Source: an uncultured Chloroflexia bacterium (GTDB taxonomy: Bacteria > Chloroflexota > Anaerolineae > JAAYZQ01). From it: a DNA stretch of 64,000 nt. The position numbers and the translations under genes are program-made. The notes beneath the pieces are model-generated. The model searched no databases. It saw nothing but the letters and a program-made list of their open reading frames with translations, and was not told the origin of the DNA. Below, one piece after another: positions 35,580-45,851 of the stretch (its first letter is position 1; each line of letters starts with the position of its first letter). The DNA lies in the NCBI GenBank assembly GCA_963700285.1, contig CAVOXA010000010.1, positions 1,280,001-1,344,000 of the forward strand. Direction: 5' to 3'.

Positions 35580-36981
35580 CAAGCGCCTTCCTCAGCCAGG
35601 CCGCCGAGGGGGACAGGAACAATGGGCGGGCGCGGCGTCGACTGTCCGGCCGCTTCCACCGGCTGGTCCAGCTCCCGGGCCAGCAGCTCGGCCACCGAGC
35701 TACCACACATGCGCCCCTGGCAGCGGCCCATCCCGGCCCGCGTCAGCATGCGGATGGCGCTTACGGTCGTGGCGCCTTCTTCGACCGCCCGGCGGATCTC
35801 GCCCACCGTGATCTCCTCGCAGCGGCACAGCACCGTGTCGTCGGTCAGCAGCTCGGCCAGGTGCGCGGAGGTCGGAAAGAGGTCGTCCAGCACGGCGGCA
35901 AAGCGCCGCTGGCGGGCCAGGGCCTGCTGCACTTCGCGAGATCCTGCCGGCGGACACGTCCCGGCCCAGCTTTCGGGCGGCGCTCAGCGCGGCCAGCCGT
36001 CCTTCCCAGCTGGGCGACGTCTTTGCCGCCGATGCCCGCGCCATCCCCGGCGACATAGAGCCCTTCCAGCGTCGTCTGCAGTTCCTCGTCGCGCACCGGA
36101 ACGTAGGCCCGCTGTACCGGCTGGTAGCGGTGCTCGCAGCCAGCCAGGCGCGAGAGCTGGACGGATGGCGTGAAGCCGTGGCCCAGGCAGATTGTATCAA
36201 CCGGCACGGTTTCTCCCTCCGGACCGGCAGTCTGCCCACCGCCAATCTGCCTCCTGGCAGACCCGATGACGGCCTGTTCCACCCGGCCGTCGCCCTGGGC
36301 GCGCTGCACCCAGTGGCTCCAGCGGATGCCCACACCGGCTTTGCGCATGGTCCGGAATGCGTCCCACCCCTCCCCCAGGCGCTCCCATTGGCCCCACACG
36401 GCGCCGGCGTGCCGCCAGCCGCTCCAGGGGAAGGGGTTGGCGTCGAGGACGCCTGCCAGCTCGGCCCCGGCCTCGATGAGATGGCGGGCCAGGACCAATT
36501 GCAGCGGGCCCGTGCCGCTCAGCAGGATCCGGCGGCCGGGCAGCAGGTGCTGGTGCTTGACCATGGCCAGTGCCGCGCCGGCCGTCATCACCCCGGGCAG
36601 CGTCCAGCCGGGGAAAGGCACCGGGCGATCGTAGGCGCCGGGGGCCAGGATGACGGTCTGGGCTGCGAGCCTGCGCGGCGTGCCCGGCGGCCCATACAGA
36701 CAGAGCATGGTTGCGCCATCCTCGGGGAAAATGCCCCAGACCGACGTCCCGGCCAGCAAGCGCACGCCCTCCTGGTCCGCAGCGGCCAAGAGCTGCCGGG
36801 CGCTCTCGTCGGGCGCTATGGTCTCGCCCAGCTCGGGAGGCGTTTGTTTGTAATACTGCCCGCCGGGCAGCGCAAAGGCATCGACGAGGGTCACGGACAG
36901 GCCCAGTTCTGCGGCCTGCGCCGCGGCGGCCAGTCCGGCCGGCCCGGCGCCGACCACGGCCAGCGCTATCGACTCAGTCAT
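35579..36981 (-). CDS. NAD(P)/FAD oxidoreductase with BFD-like [2Fe-2S] domain (HcnB/OoxA-like), one frameshift
   Basis: VGAGPAGLAAA, GAYDRPVPFPGWTLPGVMT, YVAGDG, CRCEEIT, GMGRCQGRMC. Confidence 0.9.
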
Positions 36982-37330
36982 GGTCCTGGCCTCCTGTTGC
37001 CACACCGCGCTCGCTGGAGGTTGCCACGCTGCGCTCGCAACGCAGTCTCGATCACCATCCCCTCTGCCACGGGCGTCATGCAGGCCCGCACGTTATCGAT
37101 GCCGTCGATGGTGACCAGGCAGTCAAAACAGACGCCCATGCCGCAGTAGAGACCGCGGGGCGCGTGCTCTTTCTCGGTGTGGCGGAAGGTACCCGCCGGC
37201 CCAGGGCCAGCAGCACGGTGGCCACCGACTCCCCGGCAAAGGCCGCTACCGGCTCGCCGTCGACCACGACAGCCAGCGGCTGTCTGGCCTCCAGGGGGCC
37301 CAGCCTTCTTTTATCTTTGGTGGTGCTCAT
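36978..37330 (-). CDS. [2Fe-2S] subunit (HcnA/Fer2_4-like), frameshifted
   Basis: GESVATVL, then CGMGVCFDCLVTIDG...RACMT; ATGA overlap with the next gene. Confidence 0.85.
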
Positions 37331-37355
37331 TTCACGTTACTCCGTGAGACGAATC

Positions 37356-37437
37356 AGACCTGACAGGTCTCCTGAAATCTCGACGCCGGTCGGTTCTGTC
37401 CAAAACCTGAGGTCCACTCGCAAGACCTGTCAGGTCT
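37356..37437. repeat. Pair of AGACCTGWCAGGTCT palindromes (REP-like doublet)
   Basis: Copies at 37356-37370 and 37423-37437, identical to those flanking the transposase at 54 kb. Confidence 0.8.
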
Positions 37438-38573
37438 GGCAAAACCGGCCCGGCGCAAAGGACGCCAGATCCACAGGCGGGCTCTCGCCCAGTATCATAT
37501 CCGCCATCCACTCGCTGGCCACCGGGACGGCGGTGATGGTCTCCAAAAAGGCTGCCGCCACAAAGAGGTTCTCCCGCTCTGGCAGCCAGCCGACCAGCGG
37601 CTCGTCGTCGGGCGTGAACGACGTGGGAATGCCCCAGGCGCGCAGAGCCCGCACGCCAGCCAGCGCGGGATAGAGCTTGACCAGATCGGCGGCCATGCCG
37701 GCCATGCCCCAGGAGCTGGTCCTGCGATGCAATTCGGGGGTCTTGGCCACCGCTTCGGTGACCACCAACGCCGCCATGCAGGTCCGGGCTAAAGCCGACG
37801 GCGACCGCCTGGTCCCGGCCGTGGATCCGCTCGTAAAAGTCGGCCAGTTCGATGGTGTTGTTCAGGGCCAGCGACACCGGCTCGGTGACAAAGGCTTCGG
37901 CGTGGGTGTGGCTCAGGGGCACGTCGGCGCCGGCCAGCCGGGCCACCTGGGGGGTCCAGGCGCCGCACATGATGGCCACCCGGGCGGCCTCGTACCACTC
38001 GCCCCCGGCCTCAATGGCCGCCACCCGTCGCCCTCTGACGCGCATGGCGGTGACCGGTGTCTGGGGCAGGAGCAACGCGCCGTACCTCCGGGCAGCCTTG
38101 GCGTAGGCCCAGCAGAACAGGAAGGGGTTGAGCAGTCCCTCGACGGCATAGGCCGCCCCCATAAAGCCCTCGGTGTTCAGGTGGGGTTCGGCCTCCTGCA
38201 GCGCCGCCCGGTCCAGAACCTCGGTGGGGATTCCGGCCGCGGTCAGGACCTCGGCGCGCGCTACCCAATCGTCCCACAGGTGCTGCGCGTTGATCAGGGC
38301 CAGAAACCCATTCCGCCGCCACTCGAAGGCGGTGCCTAGTTCCTCTTCCAGGGTCTCCAGCCGGGCCAGCCCCTCGAGGATGAGGCGGATGTTGAGCGGA
38401 TCGAGGTGTCCTTCGGCCACCTGGGCGCGCCCGCTGCAGGCAGCGGATGAGCCCCCGCCCAGATCACCGGCCTGAAGCAGCAGAATACGCGCTCCCTGCC
38501 GGGCCAGGTGGTAGGCGCACGATAGGCCCAGCATCCCCCCACCAATTACGATGACGTCGTAGCTGTCGGGCAT
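37430..38573 (-). CDS. Second DAO-family FAD oxidoreductase, one frameshift
   Basis: VIGGGMLG, SSAACSG, NPFLF, TPDDEPLVG, FAPGRF. Confidence 0.87.
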
Positions 38574-38590
38574 GGTTCCTCCCTGCGCGG

Positions 38591-39949
38591 CTATGCCCTG
38601 CGCGGCTGTGCCGCGGGCAGCATCGCGTCGGCGATGTCCAGCGCCTCGTCGAGGATCTGCAGCCCGTCGCGCAACTCCGTCTCGTTGATGCACAGGGGGG
38701 GGATGGGGAACAGGTGGTTCCACTTGACAAAGCAGTGCATGCCCCGTTCCTGCAGGGCCGCCGACAACTGCGGCGCGACCTGGGCATCTTCTGGCGAGGA
38801 GGGCAGTCCCGGCAGCGGCGCCAGCGGCTCCTTGGTCTCCCGGTCCTTGACCAACTCGATGGTCGAAAAGAGGCCAATGCTGCGCACGTCACCCACGCTG
38901 GGGTGCTTGTCCATGATCTCTTCCAGCCCCTCTTTGAGGATCAGGCCCATGGCCTTCGCATTCTCGACCAGCCCCTCATCCCGGTAGACCTCGATGGCGG
39001 CCACGCCGGCGGCCACACCAATCGGGTAGGCCGAGTTGGTCAGGCCCATGGGCAGCCGCCGGTCCTGCCAGTGGTCCGCGAGGGTGCGCGATACCAGCGT
39101 GCCTCCCAGGGGAACATAGCCCGAGGTGATCCCCTTGCCCATGGTGATAATGTCCGGTTCGATGCCCCAGTGGTTCACGCCGAACCACTCGCCGGTGCGC
39201 CCAAAGCCGCTCATGACCTCGTCGGAGACGAGCAGGATGCCGTACCGGTCGCAGATCTCGCGGATGCGCGGCCAATAGTCGTCGGGCGGGATGATGAGCC
39301 CGTTGCTGCCGGTGACCCCCTCCAGCACGATGGCCGCGATGTTGTCCGGTCCCTCAAACTGGACCACCTGCTCCACGTGGCTGATGCACTCGCGGTGGCA
39401 GGTCTCTCGCGTCCAGCCAAAGGGACAGCGGTAGCAATAGGGATCCATGAAATGCACCACGCCCGAGATCAGCGGCTCGACCGCCAGACGGTAGGGATCG
39501 CCTGTCAGGGCCAGCGCGCCGGCCGTCGCGCCATGGAAGGAGCGATAGCGCGACAGGAGCTTGTGCCGGCCGGTGTAGAGGCGGGCGAACTTGATGGCGT
39601 TCTCGTTGGCCTCGCCGCCGCCGGTGGTGAACAGGGTCTTGGTCATATCGCCGGGCGCGATCTCGGATAGCAGTTGGCCCAGCCTCGCCCTGGGCTCGGT
39701 GGCGATCCCGGGATAGGCGTAGGCCATCGTCGCCGCCTGTTCCTGGATGGCGGCGATGATCTTTTGGTTGCCGTGCCCGGCATTGACGTTCATGAGCTGG
39801 GACGAAAAATCCAGGTAGCGCTTGCCATTTGCATCCCAGAAATAGACGCCTTCGGCCCTGGCCGCAGTGAGCGGCTTGACCTGGCTCTGGACGGACCAGG
39901 TGAAAAAGCTGTGCGCCTTGCTCAGGTTGATGATCTGTTCTTGATCCAT
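38591..39949 (-). CDS. Class III (omega-amino acid/taurine-type) aminotransferase
   Basis: YLDFSSQL, SFHGAT, DEVMSGFGRTG, GKGITSGY (PLP lysine). Confidence 0.93.
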   Translation of the reverse strand: MDQEQIINLSKAHSFFTWSVQSQVKPLTAARAEGVYFWDANGKRYLDFSSQLMNVNAGHGNQKIIAAIQEQAATMAYAYPGIATEPRARLGQLLSEIAPGDMTKTLFTTGGGEANENAIKFARLYTGRHKLLSRYRSFHGATAGALALTGDPYRLAVEPLISGVVHFMDPYCYRCPFGWTRETCHRECISHVEQVVQFEGPDNIAAIVLEGVTGSNGLIIPPDDYWPRIREICDRYGILLVSDEVMSGFGRTGEWFGVNHWGIEPDIITMGKGITSGYVPLGGTLVSRTLADHWQDRRLPMGLTNSAYPIGVAAGVAAIEVYRDEGLVENAKAMGLILKEGLEEIMDKHPSVGDVRSIGLFSTIELVKDRETKEPLAPLPGLPSSPEDAQVAPQLSAALQERGMHCFVKWNHLFPIPPLCINETELRDGLQILDEALDIADAMLPAAQPRRA

Positions 39950-39967
39950 ATTATCTCCTCCGTAGCT

Positions 39968-40019
39968 CAACCTCCCGCAGGTTGGACCGACTGTCCGCAG
40001 TCGGCATCTGCAGGAGGTT
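39968..40019. repeat. CAACCTCCCGCAGG-type inverted repeat (degenerate copy)
   Basis: caacctcccgcagg ... ctgcaggaggtt; near-perfect copy at 47000-47034. Confidence 0.55.
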
Positions 40020-40027
40020 CGCTCTGT

Positions 40028-40771
40028 CTAGTCCAAGATCCCAGCGATCCGGAAAAAGTTGGCGATTAGCTCGCGCCCGGCGACTTGGGCCTGTGGATGC
40101 CCTTCAGGGTAGACGAGGTTCACCAGCGGACTGCGGCGGTCATTGGCTGTCTCGGTGTAGCCCTCGGGGTGGAATTGGGTGGCATAGACCGGCTTGTCCA
40201 TCTGTCTCAGCACCTGGATCCGGCAGTCCTGGCTGGAGGCCAGGACCCGAAAGCCCGGCGGGACCTCCTTAACTTCGCAATAGTGGACCTGCAGGAATTC
40301 CGGCGACGCGCCCAGCCCATCAAGGATGGGGTCGGCTTCCACCACGTCCACGGTCATAAAGCCCCACTCCTTCAGGTACCCCGGCGCGGACAAGTCTGTC
40401 ACGTCGGGCTCGCCCGGCCCCAGGCGGCGCATGGGCGCCACCGTTGCCCCGTAGGTCATGGCCGCGAGCTGCAGGCCCCCGCAGAAGCCCAGGATGGGCC
40501 ACCGGGCGCCGCGTATGATCTCGCTCAACCCGGCCAGATCCTCCTGGTCATAGTACTGCCAGTCGGTGGCGTTGCCGCTGATGAGGATGGCCTCAATCCC
40601 CAATTCCTGCAAGCGCTCCTGCGTGACGTCCTGGTAGCGCTGCACGAGGCAGGGCCGGCCCGTCATCGCCTCGACCTTTAGCTTTACGTCCATGCAGTAG
40701 GCCAGGTGGCTTGCCCGGGTCTCGGGGTTTTCCAGCCAGCGCTCGTGCTCGAGGCTCACAAAACAGATCAT
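40028..40771 (-). CDS. Class I glutamine amidotransferase-like protein
   Basis: PILGFCGGLQ (catalytic Cys) and TQFHPE (His-x-Glu). Confidence 0.88.
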   Translation of the reverse strand: MICFVSLEHERWLENPETRASHLAYCMDVKLKVEAMTGRPCLVQRYQDVTQERLQELGIEAILISGNATDWQYYDQEDLAGLSEIIRGARWPILGFCGGLQLAAMTYGATVAPMRRLGPGEPDVTDLSAPGYLKEWGFMTVDVVEADPILDGLGASPEFLQVHYCEVKEVPPGFRVLASSQDCRIQVLRQMDKPVYATQFHPEGYTETANDRRSPLVNLVYPEGHPQAQVAGRELIANFFRIAGILD

Positions 40772-41911
40772 AGGATCCCCTCCAATAGGCGCTGGCAGTC
40801 GCCGGCCGTCGCCGGCCGGGGATTATTCGGCAGCAGGACCATGCGCGATGCCTCCTCGGCCATGGCCGGCAGGTCCGGGTCGCTGATCCCGAGCTGGCTC
40901 AGCGTCGACGGCAGGCCCAGATCGCGCATCCAGTCCTTGACCCCGGCGACCGCATCCTCGTCGGTGATGGAGGCCGGCATGCCCAGCGCCTGCAACAGGG
41001 TGGAGCGCTTGTCTCCCAACGCGGGCAGGTTGTAGGCCAGGCCCTGGGGCAGCAGCAGGCCGACACACAGGCCGTGGTGCAGACTGTAGCGACCGGCCAC
41101 AGGACCTGCCACGGAGTGGATGATGCCCAGCCCGCTCTGGTCGAAGGCCAGTCCGGCCATGGCGCTGGCCAGCATCATCTCCTGGCGTGCCGCCAGATCG
41201 TCCCCCTGGTGCGTAGCCCGGGGCAGGTTCTGGTAGGCGCGGCGCAGGGCGTCCAGCGCCAGGGCGTCGGTGATGGGATTGGCCCGGCGGCCCACGTAGG
41301 CCTCCAGGGCGTGGCCAACGACGTCGACGCCGGTGGCCGCTGTCAGGTGCGCCGGCAGGCTCAGCGTCAGCGCCGGGTCCAGGACGGCGGCCCGGGCAAA
41401 GAGGTGGGGGCTGAGCACACCCTTCTTAAAGCGCGTCTCCTCGTCCTCGATGACGGTCACCTTGGTCATCTCGCTGCCGGTGCCCGCCGTGGTCGGCACG
41501 GCCACCATGGGCAGGATGGGCCGGGTGATGGGCCGGCCCCCGAACTGGTAGTCGGCATAGCATCCCGCCGTTGGTCAGCAGCAGCCCCGCGGCCTTGCCC
41601 ACGTCGATGACACTGCCGCCCCCCAGCGCCACCAGGGCCTGGGCATCCGCCTCGCGCGCCAGCTCCAGCGCCGCCTCCACGTCGCGCACAGTCGGGTTGC
41701 CCTGGACCTGGGCAAAGGTGGCCACCTGCCAGCCCTCCGCGCGCAGGGTCCCGACGATCTGGTCGACGAGGCCGATGGCGGCCAGGCCGGCGTCACTGAG
41801 AACTAGCACCCGCTCGACCCCAAGCTCGGTCAGGGTTGCGGGCAGGGCGGTGGATACCGGCTGGCCAAAGACCAACTTTACGGGCGAGTAAAAGCCAAAT
41901 TCCATCATCAT
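40768..41911 (-). CDS. Iron-containing alcohol dehydrogenase, one frameshift
   Basis: ALGGGSVID, PTTAGTGSE, ATGVD..GHALEAY, HS...HHG. Confidence 0.9.
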
Positions 41912-42867
41912 CCTCTCTCCAGGGTTTGGGATCCCCAGTGTTCTTCCAGGGCAGCTTCGACCTGCCGGCGCGTCGGGATGCCCGCTCGCCCGCCCAGCTC
42001 CTGGCACTTGAGGGCGGCCGTGGCGGCGGCAAAGGCCAGGCACCGCCCGGCCGGCCAGCCCTGCAGGTAGGCGTACAGGTAGGCGCCATGGAACACGTCG
42101 CCCGCGCCGGTCGTATCCACCACGTCGACGGCCAGGGCGGGCTGGTGGATGGGCTGTGGAGCGGAACGCAACGCTGATTCCCAACACCAGCAGCCCCGGA
42201 CCCCGTCGGTGATGACCACCTGGCGCGGGCCGTAGGTCTCCAGCAGCGCGGGCCCGGCTTCCAGCGGATCGGCAAGGCCTGTGTGCTGCTCCGCAAACCG
42301 GCGGGCGACAACCATCAGGTCGACCAGGGGCAGCAGGGTATCGGCCCCGTCCCATTCTATCCCAGCACCGCCGTCAAAGGACACCACGACGCCGGCCTGG
42401 CGCGCCATCTCTGCAGCGCAGCAGGCGGCTTTGAGGTGGACACCGTCGAGGTGCAGCGCCCGCGCCGAGGCGATCAGCGCTGCCGGAACCTCCTCTGGCG
42501 CCAGATCCCGCAGTTCGCCGCGTTCGTACAGGATCGAGCGCTGGCCCGTGGGCTGGTCGACGAGGATGACCGCCGCCGGCTGCTCTCCATCCGTGCGCTC
42601 TGGCGCCTGGCTCGTGTCCACCCCGTGGGCCTCCAGCCCGGCCCGGGTGAGGGCGCCCCAGGTTGTGGGCGCGATGGGCCCCAGGTAGGCCGTCGCAGCG
42701 CCCAGCCTGGCGGCAGCCACCAGGGCGGTGGCCACCGGCCCGCCGCCCTCCAGGAGGATGCGGCGCGCCTGGAATACCTCGTCCTGCCGGGGCAGGCGGG
42801 GGACCAGGGCCATGATATCGATGGTGGCCAGCCCCAGACCCACAATCTCTACCGCGCCGGACGTCAT
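41908..42867 (-). CDS. PfkB-family carbohydrate kinase
   Basis: GGGPVATA, VVDTTGAGDVFHGA. Confidence 0.92.
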   Translation of the reverse strand: MTSGAVEIVGLGLATIDIMALVPRLPRQDEVFQARRILLEGGGPVATALVAAARLGAATAYLGPIAPTTWGALTRAGLEAHGVDTSQAPERTDGEQPAAVILVDQPTGQRSILYERGELRDLAPEEVPAALIASARALHLDGVHLKAACCAAEMARQAGVVVSFDGGAGIEWDGADTLLPLVDLMVVARRFAEQHTGLADPLEAGPALLETYGPRQVVITDGVRGCWCWESALRSAPQPIHQPALAVDVVDTTGAGDVFHGAYLYAYLQGWPAGRCLAFAAATAALKCQELGGRAGIPTRRQVEAALEEHWGSQTLERG

Positions 42868-44018
42868 GCGCTGCCGCTCTCCCAGGTCTGGGTCGTATGG
42901 GCATCGAGGCTGTCCCGGTCCAGCTTGAAGCCAAAGCCGGGCTCCTGAGGCACAGAGATCGTGCCATCGTCGTTGATCAGGTAGGGCTCGGCCAGCATGA
43001 AATCACGCGAGGGTTCGGTCCAGGCCGGCGGGTCGACGGGGAACTCGAACCAGGGGCAGTTGGGCGTCGCGGCCGCCAGGTGCAGGTTGGCCCCCAGGCC
43101 GATGCCGTTGGACCAGGTGTGGGGAATGAACTTTTTGAAAGCCATCTCGGCCATGCCCGCCACTTTGCGAAGCTGGGATATGCCCTCGGAAAAGGCGGCG
43201 TCGGCCTGGATGATGTCGTAGCAGTTGCGCTCGATAAGCTGCCGGTACTCGTGCAGCCCGATGTTCAGCTCGCCGCCGGCGATGGGAATGTCGACCCGCG
43301 CCGTCAGCGCGGAAAGCTGCTCATAGTTGTAGCGGGGCAGCGGCTCCTCCAGCCACAGCAGGTCCAATTCCTCCAGCGCCCGGGCCACCCGCAGCGCATC
43401 GGCAAAGGTCCAAAAGTTGTGGGGGCCGGGGCTGGGCATGACGTGCGACTGGTTGGCGTCGGCCATGAGCGCCAGGTCGTCGCCAAACTCGGCGCGCACC
43501 CGCTGCACGGCGTCGATATCGTCGTCGATGTCGGGGCGGCGCAGGCGCAGCTTGAAGGCGCGAAAGCCCCGCTGGCGCAGCATGTGCAGCCGCTCGATCT
43601 GCTCCGCAGGCTCGCAGACCTCGGCCAGGCTGGCGTAGGCCGGCAGCGAGTCCTGGTAGCCGCCCCACAGGCGGTACACCGGCTGGTTGCAGGCTTGCCC
43701 AATGATGTCCCACAGCGCCATCTCTACGCCCCAGGGATAGGAGCCATCCCGCGCCGCGTGGCGCAGGATGGGGCTGATGCGCTCGATGGCAAAGGGGTCC
43801 TTGCCCAGGATGTAGGGCGACACCAGGTTGGCCACGGTGTGCAGGCCGATGGGGTCGCCGTGGGGCAGCGCCCCCAGGCCCGTAATGCCGTCGTCGGTGG
43901 TCACCTCGACCAGGGTACAGACGTTGTGCTCAAAAGTCCGTCCCGGCGCCCACGAAGGGTGCAGAGGCGCCGGCAGCGGATGGCTCACGATGCGGCAGCG
44001 GATGCGGTCTATCTTCAT
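42864..44018 (-). CDS. Mandelate racemase/muconate lactonizing enzyme family protein
   Basis: EMALWDIIG, KLR, MADAN, WLEEP, IAGGE, PHTW. Confidence 0.92.
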   Translation of the reverse strand: MKIDRIRCRIVSHPLPAPLHPSWAPGRTFEHNVCTLVEVTTDDGITGLGALPHGDPIGLHTVANLVSPYILGKDPFAIERISPILRHAARDGSYPWGVEMALWDIIGQACNQPVYRLWGGYQDSLPAYASLAEVCEPAEQIERLHMLRQRGFRAFKLRLRRPDIDDDIDAVQRVRAEFGDDLALMADANQSHVMPSPGPHNFWTFADALRVARALEELDLLWLEEPLPRYNYEQLSALTARVDIPIAGGELNIGLHEYRQLIERNCYDIIQADAAFSEGISQLRKVAGMAEMAFKKFIPHTWSNGIGLGANLHLAAATPNCPWFEFPVDPPAWTEPSRDFMLAEPYLINDDGTISVPQEPGFGFKLDRDSLDAHTTQTWESGSA

Positions 44019-44196
44019 GGCAGGTTCTCCAGGAGGGGGTCGCTGTCTCCAAAGAGCAAGCGGACAGGGGAGCTGGATGCACCATCCTGTGTCGTATGGC
44101 ACAGGTGCCAGCTTTGCTCCTTACACCGGGCGCGAACCCGATCTGGCAGTGACTGCACGTCGTCAGCTCCTCGTTGGTCGTTGCGGATGCAGAGGT

Positions 44197-44225
44197 ATTG
44201 TATCAGATAAGGCCCAGGGTGTCAA
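44197..44225 (-). promoter_or_regulatory. Sigma70-type promoter for the minus-strand catabolic operon
   Basis: TTGACA-17 bp-TACAAT on the minus strand. Confidence 0.65.
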
Positions 44226-44401
44226 GGGTGGGTTAACATCACGTGAGGAATAAAGTCAGACTGTACGGGAGGTGAGCCTTTCCCATTGCCAGCCAAAGCC
44301 ATTGTCCCTAACCCGTAGCTGGCGCGAACCTTGCTCGAGCCCCCGTCCCGGGGGCGGACCCAGCCAAGAGGGCGGACACGGGATTGACAACGAACCAATA
44401 T

Positions 44402-44713
44402 CTAGCCTGTCGCGGCATGAGCAAAGGGTCTGACTTCCCGCTCGAGACGAGCACCCAGCAGGTCTTCGGCCACGTCCAGATCATAGTCCACCTGCAAGCC
44501 CAGCCAGAACTCAGGAGACATGTCAAAGAAACGCGCCAGCCTCAGCGCCGTGTCAGCCGTTATGCGGCGCTTGCCCAGCACAATCTCATTGATGCGTCGA
44601 GCTGGTACACCGATGTCAATTGCCAGTCGATTCTGGCTCAAGCCCATCGGCTTGAGGAATTCCTCGAGCAGTACCTCTCCTGGGTGGACAGGATTGAGTT
44701 TATCCTCCGCCAT
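44402..44713 (-). CDS. higA: HigA antitoxin (XRE)
   Basis: PVHPGEVLLEEFLKPMGLSQ...ITADTALRLARFF...FWLGLQ. Confidence 0.92.
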   Translation of the reverse strand: MAEDKLNPVHPGEVLLEEFLKPMGLSQNRLAIDIGVPARRINEIVLGKRRITADTALRLARFFDMSPEFWLGLQVDYDLDVAEDLLGARLEREVRPFAHAATG

Positions 44714-44725
44714 AGTCACGCCTTT

Positions 44726-44980
44726 CTAGTGGTAGTCAACAATTTCTACCTCGAGCACATCGCCCTCCCACCACTCAAAGCAGATGCGCCATTGCTCGTT
44801 GATGCGAATGCTGTACTGTCCTTCCCGATCTCCTTTTAGCTTCTCCAGGCGATTTGCAGGTGGGACACGCAGATCGTTCAAGGTCACGGCACGATTGAGC
44901 ATCCGAAGCTTGCGCAAGGCGACTTGTTGGATGTCATGCGGCAGCTTGCGGGAACGCTGTCGCGAAAGATCTTCGGTTGA
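44726..44980 (-). pseudogene. higB: HigB/RelE-type toxin, 5' end truncated or frameshifted
   Basis: RSRKLPHDIQQVALRKLRML...DLRVPPANRLEKLKGDREGQYSIRINEQWRICF...VEIVDYH; no canonical start. Confidence 0.75.
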
Positions 44981-45029
44981 CGACGGATCGATGAGGACCG
45001 CGGTCCTTGGCCCGATGCGCTGCCCAACA

Positions 45030-45578
45030 CTAAAACGCCGGAGGCGTGATAACCGAGATAAACCGCACCGTCTGGTCCCCCCGGGGCTTCATATCGCGCA
45101 GCATCGCGCCTTCGAAACAGGCGGTATCGCCCGGGCCCAGGAGGTATGCATCGTCGCCCAGCCGGATCTCCAGTTGCCCCTGCAGGACATAGACAAACTC
45201 CTCGGTGGTCTCGCCAAAGCCGGCCAGGGGCCTTTGCTCGCCCGGCTCCCACTCGGTCATGAAGGCTTCCAGCCTCTGGCTGGTGCTGGGGGTCAGTAGC
45301 TGGAAGGCGAGTTCTGTTCCCGACGCGGGCCAGGTGATGCGCATGCGCTCCTGGCGCCTGACGACGGGACTCGCCGCCCCCGGTTCGAGCAGGAAGTGAA
45401 AGACCGGTACCTCGAGGGCCGTGCTGATCTTGTACAGCGAATCGATGGAGGGGCTGGTCACGTCTCGCTCGACCTGGCTGATAAAGCTGGCGGTCAGGCC
45501 GGCGCGCTCCGCCAGCGCGCCCTGGCTGAGGCCCAACTCTTTGCGGCGGGCGCGAATCCGGTCCCCAAGTGGCGGCAT
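45030..45578 (-). CDS. XRE-family HTH + cupin transcriptional regulator (PuuR/SutR-like)
   Basis: LGDRIRARRKELGLSQ..LA, SQVERD, EEFVYVLQG, PGDT. Confidence 0.92.
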   Translation of the reverse strand: MPPLGDRIRARRKELGLSQGALAERAGLTASFISQVERDVTSPSIDSLYKISTALEVPVFHFLLEPGAASPVVRRQERMRITWPASGTELAFQLLTPSTSQRLEAFMTEWEPGEQRPLAGFGETTEEFVYVLQGQLEIRLGDDAYLLGPGDTACFEGAMLRDMKPRGDQTVRFISVITPPAF

Positions 45579-45674
45579 TCCTTCACCTCCTTGTTGGTTG
45601 TTGCCGATCCCGATCTATTGTAGCAGATACCTTCAATCAAGTCAAGCAGCACTTTATATTCTACTAAGAAAAGA

Positions 45675-45762
45675 GCTTTACTGTAGACAAGTGACATCTA
45701 TGCTTTACTGTGGTTCTGCAAATAAAGCAATACTTGACAAGGGGGCCGGGGTATGATAGAAT
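45675..45762 (+). promoter_or_regulatory. Sigma70 promoter with candidate operator repeats in the divergent intergenic region
   Basis: TTGACA(45734)-17 bp-TAGAAT(45757); direct repeat GCTTTACTGT at 45675 and 45702; inverted TGCTTTA...TAAAGCA. Confidence 0.6.
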
Positions 45763-45851
45763 GGCAGCCGTGAACTCGTGCAGTGAACAGCGGATCGCGG
45801 CCGTGGGCGTGATCCAGCCTCAACGAAAGAGCGAAAAAGGGAGAAGGGACG

